64,000 bases of DNA from assembly GCA_016181765.1 (NCBI GenBank), contig JACOYR010000001.1, positions 157,062-221,061 on the forward strand, in the 5' to 3' direction. Below the pieces are notes generated by a model that saw only the letters and a list, made by a program, of their open reading frames with translations, made no database searches and was not told the origin of the DNA. Shown in pieces: positions 18,419 to 27,919 of this stretch. The translations under genes were made by a program, and so were the position numbers. Every line of letters starts with the position of its first letter. Position 1 is the first letter of the stretch. This stretch comes from Parcubacteria group bacterium (GTDB lineage Bacteria > Patescibacteriota > Patescibacteriia > UBA2169).

Positions 18419-19861
18419 CTAAAACTGGAAATAGATAAACGGATGGTAATCGTAATTACCCAAAAGGAGTAAACACAGAATAATGGCGTAGTAAATTCCC
18501 CACCGAACCAACACGGGCGCCTTTTCAATGCGCAGCACATGCTCTTTGGTGCGCTGTTTCCATTCCACCAGCACAAACAACACCGCCATGATTGTTTTTT
18601 TAACAAACATGGGAGCGAAAAATATGGCAACCATCTCAGGAGATGCGTCGGCGGCTATGGTGCCAAAAATATGCAGCGCTTCTGAAAGAGACTGCGCCCT
18701 AAAAAAAACAAACCCAACCAGCACCATGCAAAAGGTAAGTGAAATTTGCAAAAATCCGCCCATCCGATCCCAGTACTTTTTAATTGCATGGTATACAATA
18801 ATAAATACAGCCTGTGAAAATCCGAACACAATAAACGTCCAGGCAGCTCCGTGCCATAACCCCAACAGAGAAAGCCCAATAATAGTGGCAAGATAAAAAG
18901 AAACGCTATGGCGAACTGCCGGAGCAAAACGGGCAATGTCCTTAATGCGCGAAATGCGCATATATAGTGGAACAAAAATAAAATCCTGAAACCACGAGGT
19001 GAGTGTAATGTGCCATCGGCTCCAGAATTCTGAAATGTTTTTTGAAAAATACGGATACCGGAAGTTTCTGCTTAAATCAATCCCGAACAAGCGAGCCGTG
19101 CCAACTGCTATGTCCGAATACCCGGAAAAGTCGCAGTATATCTGGACCGCAAAAAAAACAGTAGCCGCAAAAAGCTGGGGCCCGGCAATAGTCTCCGGGT
19201 TCCTGTATGCGAGCTCAACCACTGCGGCTATGTTATCAGCAATCACCGCTTTCTTAAAAAGCCCCCATAGTATTTGGCGCACGCCATCATAGGCTTTTGC
19301 CAATTCAAAAACACGCTTTTCCTTAAACTGCCCCAACAAATGGGAGGCGCGCTCAATGGGGCCCGCAACCAGCTGGGGAAAAAACGAAACAAACACGAAA
19401 AACTGCACCCAGTCACGGGTTGGGCGTATTTTCCCTTGGTACAGCTCAATGCTGTAGCTTAGTGTTTGGAACGTATAGAAACTGATTCCTACCGGCAGTA
19501 TAATATGCAGTGTGGAAAGCGACGCATCCGTGAATCCGGCGACTGCGAGCAGGCTTTGCAGTGATTCCACGAAAAAATTAAAGTACTTAAAAAATCCCAA
19601 GAGCGAAAGGTGCACCAAAATACTTACCAGAAACCAGTGCTTTTTTGCGCGGCGCGTTTGTGCGCTATAAAGCTTTTGGCCCACAATAAAATCCGTTGCG
19701 CTTGAAATGAGGATGAGCGACAAGAACCGCCAATCCCACCATGCGTAAAACACGTAACTCGAAAAGAGCAGAAATAGATTCTGCTCTTTTCTGTGCATCC
19801 TCCAGTACGCCAAAAATACAATCACGAGAAAAAGAAAAAAAAGTGGTGAGTTAAAGCTCAT
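18419..19861 (-). CDS. Membrane-bound O-acyltransferase (MBOAT; AlgI/DltB family)
   Basis: DFSGYSDIAVGTARLFGIDLSRNFRYPYFSKNISEFWSRWHITLTSWFQDFIFVPLY matches the AlgI/DltB signature including the catalytic His. About 10 TM helices. Confidence 0.85.
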   Translation of the reverse strand: MSFNSPLFFLFLVIVFLAYWRMHRKEQNLFLLFSSYVFYAWWDWRFLSLILISSATDFIVGQKLYSAQTRRAKKHWFLVSILVHLSLLGFFKYFNFFVESLQSLLAVAGFTDASLSTLHIILPVGISFYTFQTLSYSIELYQGKIRPTRDWVQFFVFVSFFPQLVAGPIERASHLLGQFKEKRVFELAKAYDGVRQILWGLFKKAVIADNIAAVVELAYRNPETIAGPQLFAATVFFAVQIYCDFSGYSDIAVGTARLFGIDLSRNFRYPYFSKNISEFWSRWHITLTSWFQDFIFVPLYMRISRIKDIARFAPAVRHSVSFYLATIIGLSLLGLWHGAAWTFIVFGFSQAVFIIVYHAIKKYWDRMGGFLQISLTFCMVLVGFVFFRAQSLSEALHIFGTIAADASPEMVAIFFAPMFVKKTIMAVLFVLVEWKQRTKEHVLRIEKAPVLVRWGIYYAIILCLLLLGNYDYHPFIYFQF

Positions 19862-19874
19862 GGGTTGTGGTTAA

Positions 19875-20981
19875 TCATGGAGCGTACCTATTGCATGCCG
19901 CAATGACTGTATCTATCGCCTCTCTGCTTAATGTCGGATAGAGGGGAATGCTGATGGCTGTTGCGTGTATTGCTTCGCTCACCGGATACTGCTGGGTGGC
20001 CCAGTCGGCAAATGCTGCTTGTTTGTGGGGAGAAACCGGATAGTGAATAATAGTCCCAATCCCTTGCGTTGACAAATACTCCTGAAACGCATCCCTCTCT
20101 TTTGTGCGTACCACGAATAGGTGCCACACATGCGATTCATCGCTCTCTGTAGAGGGCAGTATTAATCTTTGGTTTGCAATACGTTCCGCGTATTGCCTGG
20201 CGATGGCGCGCCTTTTTTGGTTATCTGCATCCAAGTATTTAAGTTTAATGGACAATATAGCGGCGTGTAGTTCGTCCAATCGGCTGTTCATCCCTTGGTA
20301 CTGGTTGTAGTATTTTTTATGGCTCCCGTAGTTTCTTAAGGCGCGAAGTGTTTCGGCGAGTGCATCATCATTCGTAGTAATCGCGCCCGCATCGCCTAAG
20401 GCCCCTAAATTCTTTCCGGGATAAAAACTGAATCCCGCGGCATCTCCCAAGGAACCGGCTTTCTTGCCTTGATATGCAGCTCCGTGTGCCTGTGCCGCAT
20501 CTTCTATAATTTTCAAACCGTGCTTATCCGCAATCTCCTGTATCTGTGCCGAATAACCAACCAGGCCATATAAATGAACCACAAGTATGGCTTTTGTTTT
20601 TTTGGTTATATACTGTTCAATGAGACTAGCGTCAAGATTATACGTATTAATATCCGGCTCAACCAAAACCGGCTTGAGCCGATTTTCCGTAATTGCAAGA
20701 ATGGTTGCGATGTACGTGTTCGCAGGCACGATGATTTCGTCGCCTTCCTTAAATATACCAAGCTCTTTGTACGCGCGGATGATCAAAACAAGAGCTTCCA
20801 ACCCGTTGCCCACGCCAACGCAGTATGTGGTCCCGCAATACTCGGCAAATTCTTTTTCGAATGCGGAAACCCGCTCGCCGAGGATATAATGGCCTGAATC
20901 AATGACTGAAGTGACGGAACCAATTATCTCATCCCGATGCCTGGCATTAATTTCTTTTAGGTTTAAAAATGGAATCTTCAT
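19875..20981 (-). CDS. DegT/DnrJ/EryC1/StrS-family PLP-dependent sugar aminotransferase (ArnB/WecE-like)
   Basis: [21 protein letters not shown] and the overall DegT architecture. 368 aa. Confidence 0.85.
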   Translation of the reverse strand: MKIPFLNLKEINARHRDEIIGSVTSVIDSGHYILGERVSAFEKEFAEYCGTTYCVGVGNGLEALVLIIRAYKELGIFKEGDEIIVPANTYIATILAITENRLKPVLVEPDINTYNLDASLIEQYITKKTKAILVVHLYGLVGYSAQIQEIADKHGLKIIEDAAQAHGAAYQGKKAGSLGDAAGFSFYPGKNLGALGDAGAITTNDDALAETLRALRNYGSHKKYYNQYQGMNSRLDELHAAILSIKLKYLDADNQKRRAIARQYAERIANQRLILPSTESDESHVWHLFVVRTKERDAFQEYLSTQGIGTIIHYPVSPHKQAAFADWATQQYPVSEAIHATAISIPLYPTLSREAIDTVIAACNRYAP

Positions 20982-20984
20982 ACT

Positions 20985-21980
20985 CTAATCCACATACTTA
21001 TCCAAATGCTCTTTGTAGTATGCAATCGTTTTTCCAAGCCCCTCGCGCAAGGGCGTCTTTGGCTGCCAGCCAAGATCATTCTTAATTTTATCAAAACTGC
21101 CATAGTAATCCCCAATGTCTATCTTTTTCTTTTCTTCGGGCCAAGGAACAAGCTCGCAACTGCCACGCCCGGAAAGCTCCACCAAAAGCTCGGCCAGCTC
21201 TTTTAAGCTGACAATGTCCGCGCTTCCAAGATTATAAATCTGTCCGTTAGCCTGTTCGTCTGAACCAACCAGCAAAAGCGCGTCGCAGACATCATCCACA
21301 AAATTCAAATCCCGCTTCTGGCTGCCATCCCCGTACAGCTGAATGATATTCCCCTCAACCGCTTGGCGGATAAACCAACCAATAAAGCCCTGGCGATTAT
21401 GCTTTACCAGCTGGCGCGGGCCATACACGTTGGTCATGCGCAAGCTGGCTGCCCGGATGCCATACACGTTGTTGTACAAAATATGGTACCACTCACCTGC
21501 ATTGATGTTGATGCCGTTCACGTCTGTGGGCTGGATTGGGTGCTTTTCGTCTGCAGGCAAATACTGCGGTTTGCCATAGATCTGGCGTGATGACGCATAA
21601 ATGATTTTAATTCCCGGGTTAAACTGCCGGCACGCTTCCAGAATAGACACCTGGCTAGTGACGTTGATTTCTAAATCAGTGAGTGGGTCTTTCATGCTAT
21701 CAATGTGCGAAACCTGGCCTGCTAAATTAAAAAGATAGTCTTTGCCCTGGATTAAATGGTTGATGCTGTAGCGGTCGCGGATATCACCAATGTTAATAAT
21801 GAGCTTATCTTGAATATCCTCCACGTTGAACATATTCCCGCCATACGACCAAATCAACGAATCAATAATGGTGACATTCGCTCCGAGCGCAACCAAACGG
21901 CGTGCCAAATTGGAACCGATAAACCCCAAGCCGCCGGTAATCAAAACGTTCTTTCTTTGGTATGCTTCCTCTATATTCAT
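20985..21980 (-). CDS. NAD-dependent nucleotide-sugar epimerase/dehydratase (extended SDR; UDP-sugar 4-epimerase/decarboxylase-like)
   Basis: VLITGGLGFIGSNLARRL (GxxGxxG). Catalytic Y-x3-K region present. 331 aa. Confidence 0.8.
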   Translation of the reverse strand: MNIEEAYQRKNVLITGGLGFIGSNLARRLVALGANVTIIDSLIWSYGGNMFNVEDIQDKLIINIGDIRDRYSINHLIQGKDYLFNLAGQVSHIDSMKDPLTDLEINVTSQVSILEACRQFNPGIKIIYASSRQIYGKPQYLPADEKHPIQPTDVNGININAGEWYHILYNNVYGIRAASLRMTNVYGPRQLVKHNRQGFIGWFIRQAVEGNIIQLYGDGSQKRDLNFVDDVCDALLLVGSDEQANGQIYNLGSADIVSLKELAELLVELSGRGSCELVPWPEEKKKIDIGDYYGSFDKIKNDLGWQPKTPLREGLGKTIAYYKEHLDKYVD

Positions 21981-22696
21981 AGCTTCTTTTTAAACAAAAT
22001 CAAATCAAACCACATAAACATCAGTTGCCATAACGTGCGGAATACGCGCCGAAAATTGAAGAACTGGGACGTGCCATACATGCGGAAGTAGTGATGCACG
22101 CCGACCTGCGCGAACTTGAATCCGGCCTGCTGAAACTTTTTAACCATTTCTATAGTGATGGTGCCCGTACTACTGGTGAGCGCGACTTTATCAAATACCT
22201 TTCGCCTAATCAGACGATAATCGCAGTCCGGATCGCGGATGGGAAGCCAGAACGCGAGGCGCATTATTTCTTGGTAAAACCAACCGACGAGAATGCGATG
22301 CAGTGGATCATGACGCTTGATTTTAAATCCGTTCACAATGTCCACATCATCAGACATCTTTTCCAGAAGCAAGGGCAGTTCTTTTACGTCATACTGCCCA
22401 TCCCCATCCGTATAGAAAATCAAATCCTTAATTGCGGCTGCAAAACCGGAACGCAGCGCCCCCCCGTAACCGCGATTTTTTTCGTGCATCACGAGCTTCA
22501 GTTTGGCAACATCATGCTGGAGATGCAACAAAAGCTCACGGCTGCCATCTGTAGATCCGTCGTCAATCACAATGATTTCATAATCATCCGTAAGGCGTTC
22601 AAGAACTTTTTTTACTTCCAACACCAAAGAAGCAATAGTCCCTTTGTCGTTGTAGCAGGGAAAGAACGCAGAAATTGAGTATGGTGTGGTGCGCAT
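21977..22696 (-). CDS. GT2 polyprenyl-phosphate sugar synthase (GtrB/ArnC/DPM1-like)
   Basis: SISAFFPCYNDKGTIASLV...YEIIVIDDGSTDGS (GT2 DxD context). C-terminal amphipathic/TM region. Start taken at the internal Met (track ORF starts at 22834). Confidence 0.7.
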   Translation of the reverse strand: MRTTPYSISAFFPCYNDKGTIASLVLEVKKVLERLTDDYEIIVIDDGSTDGSRELLLHLQHDVAKLKLVMHEKNRGYGGALRSGFAAAIKDLIFYTDGDGQYDVKELPLLLEKMSDDVDIVNGFKIKRHDPLHRILVGWFYQEIMRLAFWLPIRDPDCDYRLIRRKVFDKVALTSSTGTITIEMVKKFQQAGFKFAQVGVHHYFRMYGTSQFFNFRRVFRTLWQLMFMWFDLILFKKKL

Positions 22697-22707
22697 AAGT
22701 GGAGTAG

Positions 22708-23358
22708 TTATTTTTCTAAAAAGGCATAATATCCGCTCGTCTGTTTGCTTTGTGATTTTCCAAAAGTCCTGTCGAGCAACCTGCATATTGCCCGCAATAT
22801 GCCAATCCTCCCCAGCGGGCTGATGTGCAGCCATGTTTCGAGGGCACCGCGAACATTCTGGAATTCAACCCGTGAAAAATCACGACTTAAATGGCGGATT
22901 GCGTCCTCGGAGAACCGCCAATAGTCCTTATAGTAGCCTACTTCAGCATGGTAGTAAAACAAAAAAGGAACATAAATAAAGCAGTATCCGCCCGGCTTGA
23001 GCACCCGGAACATTTCTTGGAACGCCTGAGTAGGATTTTCCACATGCTCCAAAACTGCCAGGCATAGTATTGCTTCTTGGCTTGCATCTCCAAACGGCAG
23101 ATGATGGATGTCGCCGACAATGTCCGGATTAAAATCAGGAACCGGATCCAGTATTTTGTAATCAACCTCTTTAAAATATGGAGCAATCCACGCGCGCTTG
23201 GGATCGTATCGGTTGCCGCGCCCCTTAAGCACGCGCAAACCGCCGCCGATATCAATAACTGTTCTGCGCTCACTAAAAATCTTAGTAATTTTTTCTTTAA
23301 AAAACAAATCCCAGGGCGTCATATTTTTTTCGTTATATATAATCTCCAAAGCCGCCAA
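22708..23358 (-). CDS. Class I SAM-dependent methyltransferase
   Basis: VIDIGGGLRVL (motif I) and VLKPGGYCFIYVP (motif post II). Confidence 0.7.
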   Translation of the reverse strand: MAALEIIYNEKNMTPWDLFFKEKITKIFSERRTVIDIGGGLRVLKGRGNRYDPKRAWIAPYFKEVDYKILDPVPDFNPDIVGDIHHLPFGDASQEAILCLAVLEHVENPTQAFQEMFRVLKPGGYCFIYVPFLFYYHAEVGYYKDYWRFSEDAIRHLSRDFSRVEFQNVRGALETWLHISPLGRIGILRAICRLLDRTFGKSQSKQTSGYYAFLEK

Positions 23359-24113
23359 ACTATCCTGAGATGGTATGCAGCATTATGGTACTCATACCAA
23401 AATGGCAGGCGGCTTCTAGGTCTCCGCACGAGTCCTATGGCATATTTTACCCAGTACTTAAAAAACTTTTTAATATTTGCGCTTGTTTTTAAAAACAAGA
23501 TTTTCGGAGTGATAACTATGTCCTGCAGCTGCATGTCAATATATCCCGACCACTTTTCTTGAAGCACACTAATATCCTCAAGCGGCACATATTCAGGATT
23601 CAAAAGCGTACCGACTTGATACCCGATCTTAATTGTAATGCGCTCATGAATCCGTTTTATAAACCCCTCAACGGCAGGTAGATAGAAAAAACGCACTTGA
23701 TAACTAGGCCGCAACCGGTCTATTATTTTCTTCCCAACAACCGGCACACGGGGAAGATTGTACGCAAAGTAAATATTATCCTTGCCTCGCGCAATAATGC
23801 CTCGAATCTCCTCTACTGCGGCTTGGGACAAGTATTCATCGCTGTCAATATATAAAAACCAGTCATGTTTAGCCAATGCAATGCCCTTGTTCCGAACGTC
23901 GGCAAAGTGTTCAATACGGATATTTTGCTTGTTCGTCTCTCGTTGCGGAACAATCCGAGCATGGTACTGTTTTGCAATTTTGCGAGTTTGATCCGTGCTG
24001 TTGCCATCTAAAACAATAATATCATCAAAATCCTTAACACTTTCCAGACATCGGCCTAATGTTTGTTCTGAATTGTAGGTCAGCACTTCCACGGTACACC
24101 GAACTTTTTCCAT
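23319..24113 (-). CDS. Glycosyltransferase family 2
   Basis: CTVEVLTYNSEQTLGRCLESV...IIVLDGNSTDQT...YIDSDEYL (GT2 motifs). Start taken at the internal Met (track start 24251). Confidence 0.7.
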   Translation of the reverse strand: MEKVRCTVEVLTYNSEQTLGRCLESVKDFDDIIVLDGNSTDQTRKIAKQYHARIVPQRETNKQNIRIEHFADVRNKGIALAKHDWFLYIDSDEYLSQAAVEEIRGIIARGKDNIYFAYNLPRVPVVGKKIIDRLRPSYQVRFFYLPAVEGFIKRIHERITIKIGYQVGTLLNPEYVPLEDISVLQEKWSGYIDMQLQDIVITPKILFLKTSANIKKFFKYWVKYAIGLVRRPRSRLPFWYEYHNAAYHLRIVWRLWRLYITKKI

Positions 24114-24115
24114 AG

Positions 24116-24874
24116 CTATTGCTTTCGGCCGATAATAATATTCGTATCTCTGGTGCCAGGAATCATGTACGCAAGCATCCGAAATAAACTTACATACCAC
24201 GACCGCACAGAAGCTAGGGAAAGTTGAATCCGCATGCTCTGGACATTGCATGTTTGTATACTACTTACCCCAAGCCAATCAAACATGTGTGCTAATTCGC
24301 TTAGTGTATACTCGCGCCAGTGACCTTCATAGTTCTCTCCGCGGTTAAAAAAGTTTGGCAAATGGCCGGAAACGGGCGAGCGACCGAATAGCAACCGAAT
24401 GCGGTTCAATAAATGGCTGATGTTCGGTGTTGCAATATAGAGCAGGCCGGCCGGCTCCAAAACATCAAGCATACACCCCAAAAACCGTTTGGGATCCTTT
24501 TGGTGCTCAATGGTTGCAATGCTGATGACTGCCCCGTATGTCCCGCCCACATCATCCCGCAGAATGTCTTTAGGTACAATGGACAATCCATGCTCTTCCC
24601 AAACAGCCTTTAGACCTTCAATATCACGGATGCCGAATGTGTTGTTCGGCTCAAACATGTACTTATCAACGCCCATGACATTGTAGCCGAGTAGTATGAG
24701 CGCCACGTCCAAAATCCCGATGCCGCAGCCGACATCTAAAATCGCGCTCTCTTTAGGGATGTGTTTGGTGATATGGAGCAGGTGGACGAGGTTGTTATTA
24801 AACTCCCATCGCTGCTTGTCGCTGTACGGGGACAGCACGCCATATGCTTTAGTGAGTGCTTCTGTATGTGTCAT
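24116..24874 (-). CDS. Class I SAM-dependent methyltransferase
   Basis: ILDVGCGIGILDVALILLGYNVMGVDK (motif I). Confidence 0.7.
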   Translation of the reverse strand: MTHTEALTKAYGVLSPYSDKQRWEFNNNLVHLLHITKHIPKESAILDVGCGIGILDVALILLGYNVMGVDKYMFEPNNTFGIRDIEGLKAVWEEHGLSIVPKDILRDDVGGTYGAVISIATIEHQKDPKRFLGCMLDVLEPAGLLYIATPNISHLLNRIRLLFGRSPVSGHLPNFFNRGENYEGHWREYTLSELAHMFDWLGVSSIQTCNVQSMRIQLSLASVRSWYVSLFRMLAYMIPGTRDTNIIIGRKQ

Positions 24875-26055
24875 AGCGCATGTAACCCTTCCATGACAAT
24901 GCTATCAAGTCGCTCTTGTGAAAACAGGTCTTGGCTTAACGCTAACGCATTTTTTGACAATTGACGGCGCAGGTTAATGTCTTGAAGCTTTAAAATTTGC
25001 TTTACAAATTCATCTTTTGTATCAGCAAACAAAGCGTGCTTTTTGTCTTGATACAGATATCCGGCAATGCCACGCGACGACACGACTGACGGGATTCCAT
25101 ACACAAGCGGCTCAAAAATCTTCTGCTGCATGCCTGCACCCATAATGGAAGGAATCACTGCCGCATCAGCTTCATTCATAAGAAACGCGTCCAGATCATC
25201 AACAAACCCTTCTTCTTTTATATTGTTGACGCACAATACGGATAAATCTTTTGGCAGTTTCTTGCCCAGAATATGGAAAAAGAATTTTCCGGGAGCGCGC
25301 TTTTCCACCTCCGGCGCCACTTCTTTGATAATGAACTCAGCCGCTTTTCGGTTATGGTGCACATTGTACGAAGCGCCCATGAAAAACAAATGCAGTACGT
25401 CGCTCTCGCGGATATCCCGCGACTGTTTCGCCAGACGCGGCAAGCTACGCAAGGGCAGAGTGGCGACCCGTTTTGCGCCCAATTTCTTGTATTGACGTTC
25501 CTCGTTGGGGGTTATGGCGAACAGGTAATCGCTCGCGCGTATAGTGTGTAATTCTGAATACCACTTGGGTAAAAATTTTATGAGATTCGTGATACTCACC
25601 CCATCTTCCTGTAAAAAGTGACTCGGCTCAACATTGATTGACCGCGTAACAATAGGGATGTTCCGCTCTCTGAAAATATGATACAGCGGGTAGAGGTACG
25701 TATACTCAAACCACGCGACATCCGGCTTGAACTCGCTGATTGCGGTTCTGACTGCCTGCTGAATGCCGGGAAGCTTGTACTCGTACGCCGCGCCGTCCCA
25801 ATTGATTGGATTCAAAAACTGCGTGAGTTTTTGAAAAAAGCTCTTTTGTTCATAAGGAATCAAATCAATGACCATGCCACGCTCGCGGCCCCATGACATG
25901 ATGGCATCCCTATCCTGCCAATCAAAATATTTTGAGACGATGCGCACATCAAAACCCAAACGTTTTAACTGCAAAAATCCGGACAACCTATCCTGCTCGC
26001 ACGCACCTGTAGTTGGTAGGGGGAATTTGGGGCTGATAATGAGTATTTTTTTCAT
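24871..26055 (-). CDS. Glycosyltransferase (GT-B, GT4-like)
   Basis: MKKILIISPKFPLPTTGAC... at the N-terminus. C-terminal EADAAVIPSIMGAGMQQKIFEPLVYGIPSVV resembles the GT4 EX7E region. Confidence 0.6.
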   Translation of the reverse strand: MKKILIISPKFPLPTTGACEQDRLSGFLQLKRLGFDVRIVSKYFDWQDRDAIMSWGRERGMVIDLIPYEQKSFFQKLTQFLNPINWDGAAYEYKLPGIQQAVRTAISEFKPDVAWFEYTYLYPLYHIFRERNIPIVTRSINVEPSHFLQEDGVSITNLIKFLPKWYSELHTIRASDYLFAITPNEERQYKKLGAKRVATLPLRSLPRLAKQSRDIRESDVLHLFFMGASYNVHHNRKAAEFIIKEVAPEVEKRAPGKFFFHILGKKLPKDLSVLCVNNIKEEGFVDDLDAFLMNEADAAVIPSIMGAGMQQKIFEPLVYGIPSVVSSRGIAGYLYQDKKHALFADTKDEFVKQILKLQDINLRRQLSKNALALSQDLFSQERLDSIVMEGLHAL

Positions 26056-27917
26056 GAATACTTTTCCATAAATGTACGATACCACATCTGAAATGTCATC
26101 ACAGACCAAAGCGTGTTCAAGGCATATTGTTTTTTGCCGATGTGGGCATCAAGCATCTTCTGTAAGGCCTTAAAATCAAACAGGTCTTTGGTGCCGGTGC
26201 AGTAGGATTCGGAGAGTACCTCGCGGAACAGCGGCTCCATGGACCCGCGCAACCATTTGGCGGCCGGGGAAAACCAGCCCCATTTTGGCTGATTCCGCAC
26301 AAAATCCGGCAAATATTCAGCCATTGCCTCGCGTAATATTACCTTGCCTTGGTAGTGTTTCCCGACATTCGCAAATCCAAATCCCTTGCTTCCAAGCTTC
26401 CACGCAACCGGAATGCGGTCCGCGAGTTCCACGAGCTGGTGATCCAAAAACGGCACGCGCTGTTCCAAACCATGCGCCATGGACATTTTATCACTGCGCA
26501 ATAATGACTCATCAGGCAGCCAACTCTGGATATCGGTCCGCATAAACTGGCGCGTGAAATCTTTAACATCAACTGTTTTAAAAAAACGCTCGCGCATATA
26601 CACAGGCAGTACTGATGGGTCATTATGGCTTTTTAGGAACGACGAAATAGTATCTTCTTTTTGCGCGAAAAAGCTCAAATACCGATCAACACCGGGCTTT
26701 GCGTCCAGTTTGTCCCGCAATGATGACTTTCTAAGTATGGAGGCCGTGAGTTTTGCTCCGGGCAGCCGGCGAATGGTTCCCACAATTGCGTTGTAGTAGT
26801 ACCGCTCATACCCACCAAAAAGTTCGTCTCCCCCGTCGCCTCCGAGGACTACTTTGACGTGCTCTGTCGTATGCCGCGCCAGAAGCAAATTGACCGCTTG
26901 AATGTGGTTGGAGATGGGCTCATCCATGTGGTAGACCGCCTTCTCCAGAGTATCCAAAACATCATCTGCGGATACCACATACTCATGGTGCTTTGTCTTA
27001 AAGTGCTCTGCGGTGCGGCGCGCAACCAAAAAATCATTGTTGTACTTATCCGCTTCTTCGGTTTCCTCAAACCCGATTGAAAACGTGTTCACCTTATCCG
27101 ACATGTTGGACATAATGCCCGCAATAATGGTTGAGTCAATGCCTCCGCTCAAAAATACCCCAACCGGACGGTCGGACATAAGCCGTTTCTTGACTGAATC
27201 ATGCATCAGTTCGCTGACCTCGCGCTTTGCCTGTTCCTTATCGGTAAGTAGTAATTCGTTTTTGATTTCCCAATAGCACGCCTTTTTGACATCTCCTGCC
27301 TTGCTAACCAGTGCGTAGTGACCTGGCTCAAGCTTAAAAACATTCTGCCACATGGTTTGCGGTGACGGAACATAGAGCAGCCGGAAATAAATATTGAGTG
27401 CATCATAATTAAGCGGCGCATCCACATCATGTTCAAGAATCGCTTTGGCTTCCGAAGAAAAAATAAATTGACCGCCTTTATGGTAATAATACAATGGCTT
27501 GATACCGATGCGGTCGCGGGCGATGAACAATTCCTCGCTCTCCGTGTTCAAAATGGCCAATGCAAACATGCCGTTGAATTTTTGCAGGCATTCCGGCCCC
27601 CACTCCTGGTACGCGTACAATATGACTTCGGTATCTGTTTTTGATACAAATGAATACCCTTTTGTTTGGAGCTCTTTTTTGATGTCTAAAAAATTATATA
27701 TCTCGCCGTTAAAAGTAATAACAAACTTTTTGCCCGCACTCACCATGGGCTGGTGGCCTTTTTCGCTTAAATCAATAATAGATAAGCGGTTGTGGCCCAA
27801 TGACCATTGGTCCGACAAAAACACGCCGCTAGCATCCGGACCGCGGTGTTTTGTGATGCTGTTCATTTTTTGAATCAACGCATCGTCTTTGAAATTAAAT
27901 CCGTTTATGCCGCACAT
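26052..27917 (-). CDS. asnB: Asparagine synthetase B-type glutamine-dependent amidotransferase
   Basis: N-terminal MCGINGF (class II GATase nucleophile Cys2). PP-loop SGGIDSTIIAGIM. 621 aa. Confidence 0.85.
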   Translation of the reverse strand: MCGINGFNFKDDALIQKMNSITKHRGPDASGVFLSDQWSLGHNRLSIIDLSEKGHQPMVSAGKKFVITFNGEIYNFLDIKKELQTKGYSFVSKTDTEVILYAYQEWGPECLQKFNGMFALAILNTESEELFIARDRIGIKPLYYYHKGGQFIFSSEAKAILEHDVDAPLNYDALNIYFRLLYVPSPQTMWQNVFKLEPGHYALVSKAGDVKKACYWEIKNELLLTDKEQAKREVSELMHDSVKKRLMSDRPVGVFLSGGIDSTIIAGIMSNMSDKVNTFSIGFEETEEADKYNNDFLVARRTAEHFKTKHHEYVVSADDVLDTLEKAVYHMDEPISNHIQAVNLLLARHTTEHVKVVLGGDGGDELFGGYERYYYNAIVGTIRRLPGAKLTASILRKSSLRDKLDAKPGVDRYLSFFAQKEDTISSFLKSHNDPSVLPVYMRERFFKTVDVKDFTRQFMRTDIQSWLPDESLLRSDKMSMAHGLEQRVPFLDHQLVELADRIPVAWKLGSKGFGFANVGKHYQGKVILREAMAEYLPDFVRNQPKWGWFSPAAKWLRGSMEPLFREVLSESYCTGTKDLFDFKALQKMLDAHIGKKQYALNTLWSVMTFQMWYRTFMEKYS

Positions 27918-27919
27918 AC

